Positions 28,071 through 36,429 of a stretch of DNA of 58,180 nt are shown here, piece after piece. Below the pieces are notes generated by a model. It was not told the origin of the DNA and did not search any database. It saw only the letters and a list, made by a program, of their open reading frames with translations. Source of the DNA: Candidatus Chazhemtobacterium aquaticus. Its GTDB lineage: Bacteria > Patescibacteriota > Microgenomatia > UBA1400 > Chazhemtobacteraceae. Location of the stretch: the NCBI RefSeq assembly GCF_009936135.1, contig NZ_CP047901.1:1-58180 (forward strand), read 5' to 3'. Every line of letters begins with the position of its first letter. Position 1 is the first letter of the stretch. The translations under genes and the position numbers were made by a program.

Positions 28071-29066
28071 ATGTCCAGCCTCTCGAATCTCAAAAAAATT
28101 GCCACTCTCTCCCTCCTTATAGCCATCACCATCGCTTTTACCACCCTCACTCTTCAACTTACCCAACAATCACAAGACACCCGCTCCAAAGCCTCTCAAT
28201 CAAATCCTCCCAGCAAGGACATCCGCCAAGACGATTGTCTTCAAGACACCAATAACAACGTCGTCTGCCCTCAATACCAATCCCCCTCTCCTGATTTCTG
28301 TCATGATGGTACCCTCATTTCAGGAGGAATCGATCAATGTGGCTGTCAACTTCCACCCGCCTGCCTTCCCCGTCTCTGTTGGAATCAAGTTATCTCCTGC
28401 AATGATGGTTACTGCTGGCCCAACGGCTGTCAAGGCGTTCCCAGCACCATGGCCTGCACCATGCAGCTAGTTCCTCTTTCCCAAAAACAACTTAACCAAT
28501 ATCAGCTCTGGCAAAATGCCGGTTCGCCCATATATCCTGGATGCACAGACACCCCACCTACCAATCAAGACGACCTTTTCAGCACCCAACCGCTAACCGT
28601 CACTTTTTGGGACGCTGAGTGGGATGGCCCCACACCAGTGCCTCAATTCACCAGCACCAGCCTCCTCAAACCTAATCACAGCTACGGAGTTGAGGTCCGC
28701 TTCCACATCCAGAACGTTATAAAAAACAGCACCGCTCCCACCCCCAATATCGCCATTAGAGAAATCATTAATGGCCAAACCAAAACCACTCGCACCATCC
28801 TCTATCAGGGCGTCATGGATCACCGCGACGGCTGGAGTGACACTTTTGTAGGTAGTGTCTTTACTGTCAACGAGGGAACAAATCAAATCACAGTTGAAAT
28901 AGACCCTGATAACCAAATCGCGGAAACCAACGAAAACAACAACAACACCTCTTACTCCTGGACCACCACCCAAACTTACTCCCCCTTTGATCTAAACCAA
29001 GATGGCACCATCAATCTTCTTGACTACAATCTCTTTCTCAATGGCTGGTTAGATACTTTTAAGTAA
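28071..29066 (+). CDS. Secreted Cys-rich protein with CARDB-like region and a C-terminal dockerin-like Ca-binding repeat
   Basis: N-terminal TM/signal (IATLSLLIAITIAFTTLTL) and a Cys-rich block. NQITVEIDPDNQIAETNENNN is typical of CARDB-type modules. The C-terminus DLNQDGTINLLDYNLFLNGW fits the dockerin/EF-hand loop DxNxDGxINxxD, in one copy only. Confidence 0.7.
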   Translation: MSSLSNLKKIATLSLLIAITIAFTTLTLQLTQQSQDTRSKASQSNPPSKDIRQDDCLQDTNNNVVCPQYQSPSPDFCHDGTLISGGIDQCGCQLPPACLPRLCWNQVISCNDGYCWPNGCQGVPSTMACTMQLVPLSQKQLNQYQLWQNAGSPIYPGCTDTPPTNQDDLFSTQPLTVTFWDAEWDGPTPVPQFTSTSLLKPNHSYGVEVRFHIQNVIKNSTAPTPNIAIREIINGQTKTTRTILYQGVMDHRDGWSDTFVGSVFTVNEGTNQITVEIDPDNQIAETNENNNNTSYSWTTTQTYSPFDLNQDGTINLLDYNLFLNGWLDTFK

Positions 29067-29067
29067 T

Positions 29068-30138
29068 ATGAACCCGCGTCGCCTCTTTCTCATCCTTCTT
29101 CCCATCATTCCCGTCATCATCGGCCTTATCCTCTTCCTTGTCGCCAGTTCCCAAAACCAAGACATCCGCCAACGTGCCTCGGGCACGAACCAGCCCATTA
29201 TCACTATTAGCACTTCCCCTTCATCCCCTAAAGCCAACCAACCAGTCACCATTACTCTTTCACTTAACACCACCACCAAATCAATCTCTGGCCTAGAAAT
29301 GAAAAACTTCCTCATCATCCCCGACTCAAATATATCCTTTGCCAATACTCCCACCCTTACCTCCATCAATATCCCAGAACTAGAAGTCTTTCATTCTTCA
29401 GTCCAACAAAACAGCCCAACCAGCGATCAAATCACCGCCATTACCCACATTCTCACCCTAAAAAGCACTAATACCCCCTACTCTACCCACAACCAATTAG
29501 TTCCTTTTGCTACCATCAGCTTCACCCCTACAGCCACCGGCAGCGTTCAGCTTAAGTTTGATGTCAACAACACCATTATGACCGAATATCAAAGTGATAC
29601 TGGAAATATTCTAGGCAGTCTCGACAACCTTACTCTCACCATCACCAATCCAGACCAAGATGATAACGACGACGGTAACAATGGTGATAACGACGACAAC
29701 GATCAAGACAACACTGATGAAATTACTTACGCTTCGTGTAACCAAACCTGTAACAGTCATTATGACTGTAAAGCCGGACTCTTCTGTTATCAAAACACCT
29801 GTCGAGAACCAGCCTGCCCCTCTGCCTCAGACTGCCAATGTCCGACTACAACTCCAACCCCCACCGCTACCCCAACCGCTACTCCCACAATCACACCTAC
29901 TAGTACCCCAACCTCCACCACTACTCCCGAAACCCTCTCCCTTAACTACACCAACGACCAGCAGTTCACCATTACTCTCTCTCCTTCACCCACCGCCACT
30001 TCTACTCCTACTCCCACCGTTATATCACCCCCTCCAGACTCAAACCCCAACCTCAAAGTTGCCCTCATCGCTGCCTCTGCCTCATTCATCGTTCTTCTTC
30101 TCACCTACCTCAGCCTAAAACGTCCACCCTCAGCGTAA
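29068..30138 (+). CDS. Membrane-anchored surface protein with a cohesin-like beta-sandwich, D/N-rich tract, Cys knot, PT linker and C-terminal TM anchor
   Basis: N-terminal TM helix. The region ITISTSP...ISGLEMKNFLIIPD...PFATISFTPTATGSVQLKFD resembles cohesin domains. It is followed by DQDDNDDGNNGDNDDNDQDNTDE, then CNQTCNSHYDCKAGLFCYQNTCREPACPSASDCQC. A PT-rich linker follows, then the C-terminal helix VALIAASASFIVLLLTYLSL with KRPP. The start is 2 nt after the previous stop. Confidence 0.7.
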   Translation: MNPRRLFLILLPIIPVIIGLILFLVASSQNQDIRQRASGTNQPIITISTSPSSPKANQPVTITLSLNTTTKSISGLEMKNFLIIPDSNISFANTPTLTSINIPELEVFHSSVQQNSPTSDQITAITHILTLKSTNTPYSTHNQLVPFATISFTPTATGSVQLKFDVNNTIMTEYQSDTGNILGSLDNLTLTITNPDQDDNDDGNNGDNDDNDQDNTDEITYASCNQTCNSHYDCKAGLFCYQNTCREPACPSASDCQCPTTTPTPTATPTATPTITPTSTPTSTTTPETLSLNYTNDQQFTITLSPSPTATSTPTPTVISPPPDSNPNLKVALIAASASFIVLLLTYLSLKRPPSA

Positions 30139-30196
30139 CCCACACACCTCAACCTCCAGCTCATCCTCAACTAAACCCTAAGTTCTTCTATCCTTC

Positions 30197-31417
30197 CTAC
30201 TTCAAATAATTAAGTGGGTCTAGCCCTGCTCCACCATTCCTCAGCTCAAAATGAAGATGGGTTCCTGTTGACCTACCCGTTGATCCCATCATCCCTAAAG
30301 TATCACCTCTCTTCACTGTCTGTCCTACCACCACATTAATCTTGCTCAAATGAGCGTATAGGGTCTGATAACCATTGCCATGATCCACCACTACTCTGTT
30401 TCCATAACCCCAGTTATCCGGCCAACCAGCCACTGTCACCGTACCCGAATCAGCTGCTAGAATTGGACCACCACCTTTATTTGCAATATCCAAACCCCTA
30501 TGCCAAGGCCTCCATGGCTGGGTGATTCTTCCTGCTGCTGGCCAGATCCAGCTTCCTGTAGCCGACACCACGCCAGCATCAGGCGTTAACACTCTGGCAA
30601 TACTCGAGCTTGGTGACCAAGGCTGAGCTTTAGGCATCACTCCATCAGGCACAATCACAGTCTGGCCAATAGCCAAAGAAAAAGTCTCATCATTAGTAAA
30701 TATGTTAAACGGATAATCTACGATCGACTGCGCATCAGCCTCATATTTCTTGGCAATCGAATAAATAGTCTCTCCACTCTTAACCGTATGAACAATCCCA
30801 CTCACCGGTGGAATCCCTAACACCTGACCCGGCTTGATACTATTAACCGAACTAATCTTATCCTCATTAGCCCATCTGATCGTGTCCATGCTCACTCCAA
30901 ACTTCTCTGCAATCGTGCTTAACGTGTCTCCCTCCTGAACTGTGTATTCCATCACACCCGCTCTCGGTTTATCTGACTCAATCGTTACCGGGCTAATCGC
31001 CACACTTGAAGATCCAAGCACCGCTCCACCCATTCCTCCAGCTTCCTCAGCAGCCACGGTCTCTACCTCAACTACCGACCCTATTCTAGCTGCAAACGAA
31101 CGTTGAGTAGCCATCTCCTGATTATCTGCTCCAGCCAACAAAGTCGGCCCTACTGTGATAGCCGCAAACAACAACACTACCATTCCCATATGTACAAATA
31201 CTCCTGCATACTTACCTCTCTGCGAATACATAAAGCCTACCAGTACATCCTTTATCCCCTCAAATCCTCCAAACCAGTGTAAAAAATGACTCCTCCAATA
31301 CCGCCCCAACACCCTCAAAAACACTCCAAAATCAATTATCCATTCCCTTGCCTGAGAACTTCTTTCCTTCTCCCTCCATCCCAATCTATCCTGTCTACGT
31401 ACCCAAAACGGTCTCAT
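30197..31417 (-). CDS. LysM-domain M23 family metallopeptidase (peptidoglycan hydrolase)
   Basis: Two LysM repeats (YTVQEGDTLSTIAEKFGVSMDTIRWAN; HTVKSGETIYSIAKKYEADAQSI). M23 motifs are HRGLDIA, YAHLS and GSTGRSTGTHLHFELR. There is an N-terminal TM helix, and the exact start is uncertain. Confidence 0.9.
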   Translation of the reverse strand: MRPFWVRRQDRLGWREKERSSQAREWIIDFGVFLRVLGRYWRSHFLHWFGGFEGIKDVLVGFMYSQRGKYAGVFVHMGMVVLLFAAITVGPTLLAGADNQEMATQRSFAARIGSVVEVETVAAEEAGGMGGAVLGSSSVAISPVTIESDKPRAGVMEYTVQEGDTLSTIAEKFGVSMDTIRWANEDKISSVNSIKPGQVLGIPPVSGIVHTVKSGETIYSIAKKYEADAQSIVDYPFNIFTNDETFSLAIGQTVIVPDGVMPKAQPWSPSSSIARVLTPDAGVVSATGSWIWPAAGRITQPWRPWHRGLDIANKGGGPILAADSGTVTVAGWPDNWGYGNRVVVDHGNGYQTLYAHLSKINVVVGQTVKRGDTLGMMGSTGRSTGTHLHFELRNGGAGLDPLNYLK

Positions 31418-31458
31418 CGTCCCTCTATTTTACCTGATCTATGCAATCCATCTCTATT

Positions 31459-32640
31459 CTAACCCTCCTTCAATGATGCCAAGAACTCCTTATTACTCTT
31501 GGTTTTCTTGAGTCTCTCCACCATTACCTCAGCTCTTTCATCTGGATTAAGCATATCAAGCATCCGTCGCATCAAAATGATGCTCTGGTACTCACCATTG
31601 TTAAACAACAGATCTTCTCTTCTGGTTCCTGAGGCCATTACATCAACCGCTGGATAGATTCTCCTCTCCGCCAACTTGCGATCCAGTACCAGCTCCATGT
31701 TGCCTGTTCCCTTAAACTCCTCATAAATCAAATCATCCATTCTCGACCCAGTATCCACCAAAGCCGTACCAATAATAGTCAGTGATCCACCTTTCTCCAT
31801 ATTTCTGGCTGCTCCAAAGAATCTCTTTGGCGGGTGTAAAGCTGCTGGATCAAAACCACCAGACAACGTCCGTCCTGAAGTCGGCATCGCCAGGTTATAT
31901 GCCCTAGCCAATCTCGTGACTGAATCAAGCAAAATCACCACATCTCCACCCATCTCCACCAATCTTCGAGCCCTGTCCAAAGCCATCTCAGCCACCAATA
32001 CCTGATCCTCTGGTTTTTCATCAAAGTTACTTGCCGCCGTCTCACCCAACCTCTTGCTTTTCTTAGTCACGGCCTCAATATGCCGGCTAATATCCGTCAC
32101 CTCCTCAGGCCTCTCTCCGATCAACACCGCCATCAAGTGAACATCTGGATAGTTAAGCGCAATACCAGTCGACATCTCTTTAATCACAGTCGTTTTTCCA
32201 GCCTTAGGTGGGGACACAATCATACCTCTCTGGCCCTTACCAATCGGTGCCACTAGATCAATCAATCTAGTACTCAAAGGCTCCTTATCAGTCTCCAACT
32301 TCAACTTCTCGTTAGGATATACCGGAGTTAAATAATCAAACTTGGGTCGCCTTGATAGCTCACGCAAACTCTTGGATCCGTTTACCTCAGTAATTTTAGT
32401 CAACATCCAGTATCGCTCTCCTCCATTCTTAGGCTCTCTTGCCAATCCAGAAATCTCATCACCTTCTCGCAATCCCAATGTTCTAACCTGATTACCAGAA
32501 ATATACGCATCCCTATCAGATGGCTTAAAAAATGGCCTCACCACTCCATGATTATCCGCTCCTTCAATATCCAAAATACCCTTAATCTCCTCCACTTTAG
32601 CTCCTTCAACAACCTCGCTATTTTTACTTGCTGGGTTCAT
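31459..32640 (-). CDS. rho: Transcription termination factor Rho
   Basis: OB-fold RNA-binding N-terminal region, Walker A GQRGMIVSPPKAGKTT, Rho-type LLDSVTRLARAYN, and a C-terminus with GTGNMELVLDRKLAERRIYPAVD. Confidence 0.95.
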   Translation of the reverse strand: MNPASKNSEVVEGAKVEEIKGILDIEGADNHGVVRPFFKPSDRDAYISGNQVRTLGLREGDEISGLAREPKNGGERYWMLTKITEVNGSKSLRELSRRPKFDYLTPVYPNEKLKLETDKEPLSTRLIDLVAPIGKGQRGMIVSPPKAGKTTVIKEMSTGIALNYPDVHLMAVLIGERPEEVTDISRHIEAVTKKSKRLGETAASNFDEKPEDQVLVAEMALDRARRLVEMGGDVVILLDSVTRLARAYNLAMPTSGRTLSGGFDPAALHPPKRFFGAARNMEKGGSLTIIGTALVDTGSRMDDLIYEEFKGTGNMELVLDRKLAERRIYPAVDVMASGTRREDLLFNNGEYQSIILMRRMLDMLNPDERAEVMVERLKKTKSNKEFLASLKEG

Positions 32641-32750
32641 ATACGCAATAATTTCATTAATAATTACCTTTACCTAAAAATCGATTTCGTCGGAAAAAAC
32701 TCATCCTTAATATTTTTGAAAACCCTACTCACGCAGGCGTGAATGCCCTC

Positions 32751-32779
32751 ATTATGAAATCTCACTCACCTTTTGTCAA
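32751..32779 (-). promoter_or_regulatory. Candidate sigma70-like promoter for rho (TTGACA-17-CATAAT)
   Basis: On the minus strand the -35 TTGACA is at 32779-32774, followed by a 17-nt spacer and the -10 CATAAT at 32756-32751. It lies ~100 nt upstream of the rho ATG. The leader contains the palindrome TCACGC-AG-GCGTGA (32730-32743). Confidence 0.4.
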
Positions 32780-32962
32780 CTTATTTAAAAAAATTAAAAC
32801 CTGAAAAGATGAAACGCGTCTCGGAAGATAAGGCAAAGTGTCCTGTCCTCACCCGCCTCAACCCATTTCATCTTTCCAACTCTCAACTAGCTTCAAATTT
32901 TACCAGAAAACACCCCATAGTGTCAAGTTTCATCATCCTTCCAATTCGGCTAAACTGTATTT

Positions 32963-33619
32963 ATGTACCAAACCATCTTCACCCCCTTCCACTACCAAAC
33001 CACTAAACGCCTCCGTTACTTCTTCATTACTCTTGGCATCATCCTTTGGTTAGGTGCCTCTATTACTGCTTTTGCTCCCTCTCTTCCCCACCTACTCTAT
33101 CGTCTCTCACCCAATACTCCCAACACCCTAGCCGCCACCATTAGCAATACTGTACCCAGTAACAATGACCCCCTCTCCTACCAAGACGCCACCTCACTCC
33201 CTCCCAAAGACCCAAGCCTACCCCAGCAAAACACCCTCATCATCGACAAAATCGGGGTCAATGGTCAGATTCATGAAGGTGACAACTGGGAAGAGATCCT
33301 TAAAAAGGGTATCTGGCGCACCCCCGACTGGGGTACTCCTGAATCAAGCAACCGCCCCATCATCCTAGCTTCCCATCGCTGGGGCTATCTTGACTGGACC
33401 AATACTTTCAGAAGACTCAACTCTTTCTACAATTTGCCCAAGTTAGAATCAGGTGACACCATCTCCATCATCTGGAATCAACGCCAATACAACTATCAAG
33501 TCTATCTAAAAGAGTCATCCCAAACCATCACCGACTTCAACGCCGATCTCATTCTCTACACTTGTCAGCTCTGGAACTCACCCATCCGCATCTTCGTCTA
33601 CGCCAAGCATCTCGATTGA
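32963..33619 (+). CDS. Sortase-family transpeptidase
   Basis: N-terminal TM helix (YFFITLGIILWLGASITAFAP). Catalytic-type His in PIILASHRWGY, Cys in LILYTCQ (TLxTC-like) and Arg in NSPIRIFVY. Confidence 0.75.
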   Translation: MYQTIFTPFHYQTTKRLRYFFITLGIILWLGASITAFAPSLPHLLYRLSPNTPNTLAATISNTVPSNNDPLSYQDATSLPPKDPSLPQQNTLIIDKIGVNGQIHEGDNWEEILKKGIWRTPDWGTPESSNRPIILASHRWGYLDWTNTFRRLNSFYNLPKLESGDTISIIWNQRQYNYQVYLKESSQTITDFNADLILYTCQLWNSPIRIFVYAKHLD

Positions 33620-33652
33620 CAGTCATCTATGTATTCATTAATATATACAAAT

Positions 33653-33901
33653 ATGAATACATACTCCGTAACAGAACTACGTCAAAAAACCAGTGCCGTT
33701 ATCAAAGCCGCCCTTGAAAAGGGCTACGTCCACATTATCCAAAACTCCAAAGCCAAAGTAGCCGTTGTCGACAGCGACTATTTAACAACCCTGCAGGAAG
33801 CCTACGAAGACTATCTAGACCACCAAGTAATCAAAAATCGACGTGACGAACCCACTATCACTCTTGAAGAATATCTTAAAAAAGACACCATAAAACCATG
33901 A
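33653..33901 (+). CDS. Type II antitoxin, Phd/YefM family
   Basis: MNTYSVTELRQKTSAVIKAALEKGYVHIIQNSKAKVAVVDSDYLTTLQEAYEDYLD is Phd/YefM-like. An alternative ATG lies at 33629. Its stop overlaps the toxin start (ATGA at 33898-33901). Confidence 0.8.
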   Translation: MNTYSVTELRQKTSAVIKAALEKGYVHIIQNSKAKVAVVDSDYLTTLQEAYEDYLDHQVIKNRRDEPTITLEEYLKKDTIKP

Positions 33902-34152
33902 TCGTCACCATCTCTAGATCAGCTGAAAAAGAGCTCAAGAGATTACCACTCAGAATCAAACTAATCGTCATTTCCAAAATCAAGAGTCTAGCCAAACAAC
34001 CCAGGCCTCACAACTCCAAAAAACTGACTAACTACCCCAATGAATACCGCCTCCGAGCAGGTGATTATCGTATTCTCTACGTCATCGACGCTCACAAAAA
34101 AGAGGTTTCCGTTCGCGCTATCGCCCACCGCAAAGACGCATACAAAAAATAA
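33898..34152 (+). CDS. Type II toxin, RelE/ParE superfamily
   Basis: 84 aa. The C-terminal YRLRAGDYRILYVIDAHKKEVSVRAIAHRKDAY is typical of RelE/StbE-like mRNA interferases. It is translationally coupled to the antitoxin. Confidence 0.85.
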   Translation: MIVTISRSAEKELKRLPLRIKLIVISKIKSLAKQPRPHNSKKLTNYPNEYRLRAGDYRILYVIDAHKKEVSVRAIAHRKDAYKK

Positions 34153-34474
34153 TTCTCACCTCTACATCTTCATCAAACCTGAAATCTAGTTTTCACACCC
34201 TATTTTCACACTATATAGGCCTCGATAACCGCATCTGCGGTAATTATTTCAACACTCCACCTAAAACATATACTATTATAAGACACATAGTAACTCCCGC
34301 TCTATCCCTCACCATACTCCAGTATCGTACATATCTCACTCTCAAATACCTAATACTATTCAAATCAACACTCTATTCCTAACGAGAATATAGGATAGAT
34401 ATATCCACTAACAAATACCTAAAATATCTCCCATTTTTGTCACCAACCCCATCCCCTAGCCTCATCTTATATAC

Positions 34475-34503
34475 TTGACAAATAGAAATATATAGGATAT
34501 ACT
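34475..34503 (+). promoter_or_regulatory. Near-consensus sigma70-like promoter (TTGACA-17-TATACT)
   Basis: -35 TTGACA at 34475-34480, a 17-nt spacer, and -10 TATACT at 34498-34503. It lies ~350 nt upstream of the first island ORF. Confidence 0.5.
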
Positions 34504-34509
34504 ATAACC

Positions 34510-34855
34510 TACTTTAAAAATCAGATAAGTTTCGTTACAGACGCCAGTAGCAACCCTACTGATACGAGACTTAAATTATTAACTTTCTTTAAGTTAAACC
34601 ATACACAAGGGCGTCTCACAAGGACGCCCTTGTTGGTTTAACAGTAAGTATCTGGTCAAGAATTTACCCTCTGACTTAAAGCAGCGTCTGTCTTAAGTCA
34701 CAAAGGTAATCTCGACCAGTTACTTGCTCACTGCTCTTTTACATCCGTCAAGGTACTCATGAAATGGTGGATCACTTCTACCCTCTCCTAGCCAACCGGC
34801 TTTCAACCATTTCACGGTACCTTACGGCTAGGGAAATATATAAGGAGACACTCTA
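34510..34855 (+). promoter_or_regulatory. Long, highly structured 5' leader or candidate ncRNA (unclassified)
   Basis: Four consecutive hairpins:
- 34579-34597: TTAACTT/AAGTTAA.
- 34596-34639: core 10-bp perfect stem CAAGGGCGTC/GACGCCCTTG.
- 34643-34728: ~30 bp, imperfect, with arms CTGGTC/GACCAG, TTACC/GGTAA and TGACTTAA/TTAAGTCA.
- 34745-34827: CCGT, AAGGTAC and TGAAATGGT paired with ACCATTTCA, GTACCTT and ACGG.
An alternative pairing exists between CCTAGCC (34787-93) and GGCTAGG (34826-32). The region ends at AAGGAG (34842-47) and the ATG at 34856. Confidence 0.5.
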
Positions 34856-35293
34856 ATGAAGAAAACCATGGTTCGTGGTCTTATCGCCCTCCTCGTTCTG
34901 GTGATTGTCGGCCTCCTGGTCGCCTTCACCAATCAGGACACTTCAGTCACCACACCAACCGTCATCGTCAGCGATTATTCTCTCGACTGGCACAATGCCG
35001 TCGAAGATCTCCCTGTTGGCGTCTACAACTTCTGCAACGAAGCGTGTGGCAACAGAAACTTCACAGAATGGATTCGCCTCGGCGAAGCCACCAATACTGC
35101 AACCATCGAAGTTCACAATGTCACCCAGGCTCAAGCCTATGCTGGCGTGAACAAAGATGGCTACTTCTTCGATCCCCTGACCACCGATATTAACGGCGAC
35201 ATCGTCACCGTCGAATTGCCAGAGGGCCAGACCTCCTTCCTCCTGTGGATAGCCACAGAAAACAACGACCCATTCGGGATCGTTGACCGATAA
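34856..35293 (+). CDS. Hypothetical N-terminally anchored small protein (island gene 1)
   Basis: 145 aa. The RBS AAGGAG lies 8 nt upstream. TM helix GLIALLVLVIVGLLVAF. A terminator follows. No family recognised. Confidence 0.65.
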   Translation: MKKTMVRGLIALLVLVIVGLLVAFTNQDTSVTTPTVIVSDYSLDWHNAVEDLPVGVYNFCNEACGNRNFTEWIRLGEATNTATIEVHNVTQAQAYAGVNKDGYFFDPLTTDINGDIVTVELPEGQTSFLLWIATENNDPFGIVDR

Positions 35294-35322
35294 ACCAAAT
35301 CGGCTACCCATTACAGGACAGA

Positions 35323-35366
35323 GGGCGCAACAGCGCATTCCGCAGCCACTGCGCCCCTTCCTTTTT
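35323..35366 (+). terminator. Rho-independent terminator
   Basis: Stem GGGCGCA (35323-29) with TGCGCCC (35350-56), then CTTCCTTTTTCC. Confidence 0.55.
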
Positions 35367-35442
35367 CCCTAGCCGATTCCCCTCAGTTTTTCAAAGAAAC
35401 TTTGAAAAATTGAGGCAGAATCGCTCTTTTCTTGCCTATATC

Positions 35443-35451
35443 TGATATAAT
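35443..35451 (+). promoter_or_regulatory. Extended -10 promoter element (TGATATAAT)
   Basis: A perfect TGnTATAAT lies 37 nt upstream of the ATG at 35488. It is immediately preceded by a 35-nt AT-rich inverted repeat (35381-35415). Confidence 0.4.
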
Positions 35452-35487
35452 ATAGGACAATTATTAATTAGCCGATGAAAGGCAAAT

Positions 35488-35754
35488 ATGACCAGAAAGA
35501 ATAAACTATCTCTTTCTTTGGCTACTGCTTTTTTGAGTCTTGCACTTTTTATCAGTCCTGCAAAAGCTGAAGACAACGGCGAGTGCCAAATTGTCTACGG
35601 TGGACAGGTTTGTGGTTCATCCACTCCCGAAATCGTTGACACCGCTGGTGAAGCCGAACTGCTTTACGCTCTTTCCGGTGTCTTGTACACCACTGGACTG
35701 ACTAGCTTTGTGTTAGCCAAAAAAGCTGACAAACTCGTTCCCTTAATCGGTTAA
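35488..35754 (+). CDS. Small secreted protein with signal peptide and C-terminal hydrophobic/basic tail (island gene 2)
   Basis: 88 aa. Signal peptide LSLATAFLSLALFISPAKA-ED. The C-terminus has IVDTAGE, then the hydrophobic stretch LLYALSGVLYTTGLTSFVLA, then KKADK. Confidence 0.6.
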   Translation: MTRKNKLSLSLATAFLSLALFISPAKAEDNGECQIVYGGQVCGSSTPEIVDTAGEAELLYALSGVLYTTGLTSFVLAKKADKLVPLIG

Positions 35755-35850
35755 TCCCGATTAGGGATCGGGAAAGAGAATAAACTCTTGTTCTCTCCCC
35801 CGATCCCTGGCAATCCAGGAATCGCTTGTACATTCAATAGGAGACAGATC

Positions 35851-36252
35851 ATGTCAGAAGACAAAGGTTTTGACGCACGTCGCCAGCACCCGCATCCGTC
35901 GGACGATCGCCCGTTCCACCACGACGACATCCCTGAGGACGATCTCGACGCTTTCTTCGACGTCCCTGAAGTGGACATCCCGCGCCGGCCCACCCCACCT
36001 CCCATCCGGCCTCGCCGCGTCGAGACCGAAGATCCGCAGGAGCACTGGTCGAATGAGGTGCGCGGCACACCCAGCACGGCTCGTCAGCGGCAGCAACGCC
36101 GTCGCCAGCCTCAGGTACCCTTCCCGGCCAACCTGTTTAACGTCCCCCTGGACGAATACCTGGAAAAACCGGAGTGGTATCAAAACTTGACCTGGGGAGT
36201 CCTCGGCAGCTACATCATCGCCATTCTGGCCCTCCTCATCGCCATCCTGTAG
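35851..36252 (+). CDS. Hypothetical Pro/Arg/Asp-rich tail-anchored protein (island gene 3)
   Basis: The ATG at 35851 is preceded by AGGAGA (35839-44), giving 133 aa. There is a disordered acidic/basic N-terminal part and a C-terminal TM helix WGVLGSYIIAILALLIAIL. A terminator follows. Strand and frame were chosen on RBS, TM helix and terminator, because all six frames are open in this ~65% GC stretch. Confidence 0.5.
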   Translation: MSEDKGFDARRQHPHPSDDRPFHHDDIPEDDLDAFFDVPEVDIPRRPTPPPIRPRRVETEDPQEHWSNEVRGTPSTARQRQQRRRQPQVPFPANLFNVPLDEYLEKPEWYQNLTWGVLGSYIIAILALLIAIL

Positions 36253-36277
36253 TTCCATTCCCCCGTCTCCGCACCAT

Positions 36278-36322
36278 GGGTCGCCGTTATCGGCACACCG
36301 CCATCGGCGACCCAAAGTTTTT
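36278..36322 (+). terminator. Rho-independent terminator
   Basis: 9-bp stem GGGTCGCCG (36278-86) with CGGCGACCC (36305-13), followed by AAAGTTTTT. A second hairpin CCCTGAGA/TCTCAGGG lies at 36325-36358. Confidence 0.55.
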
Positions 36323-36429
36323 CTCCCTGAGAGCTGTTTTCATAAACATTTCTCAGGGGTAAAAACCTCCTACCACTTGGTAGCTTCAGGGAAACCTGTT
36401 GATAGCACATTCTATGGAGGAAATGCCAA

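Noticed and set aside
32773-33053. ORFs 32773-33006 and 32838-33053 between rho and the sortase gene.
   Set aside because: They are overlapping, low-complexity products in the divergent promoter region. They overlap the sortase start and have no recognisable motifs.
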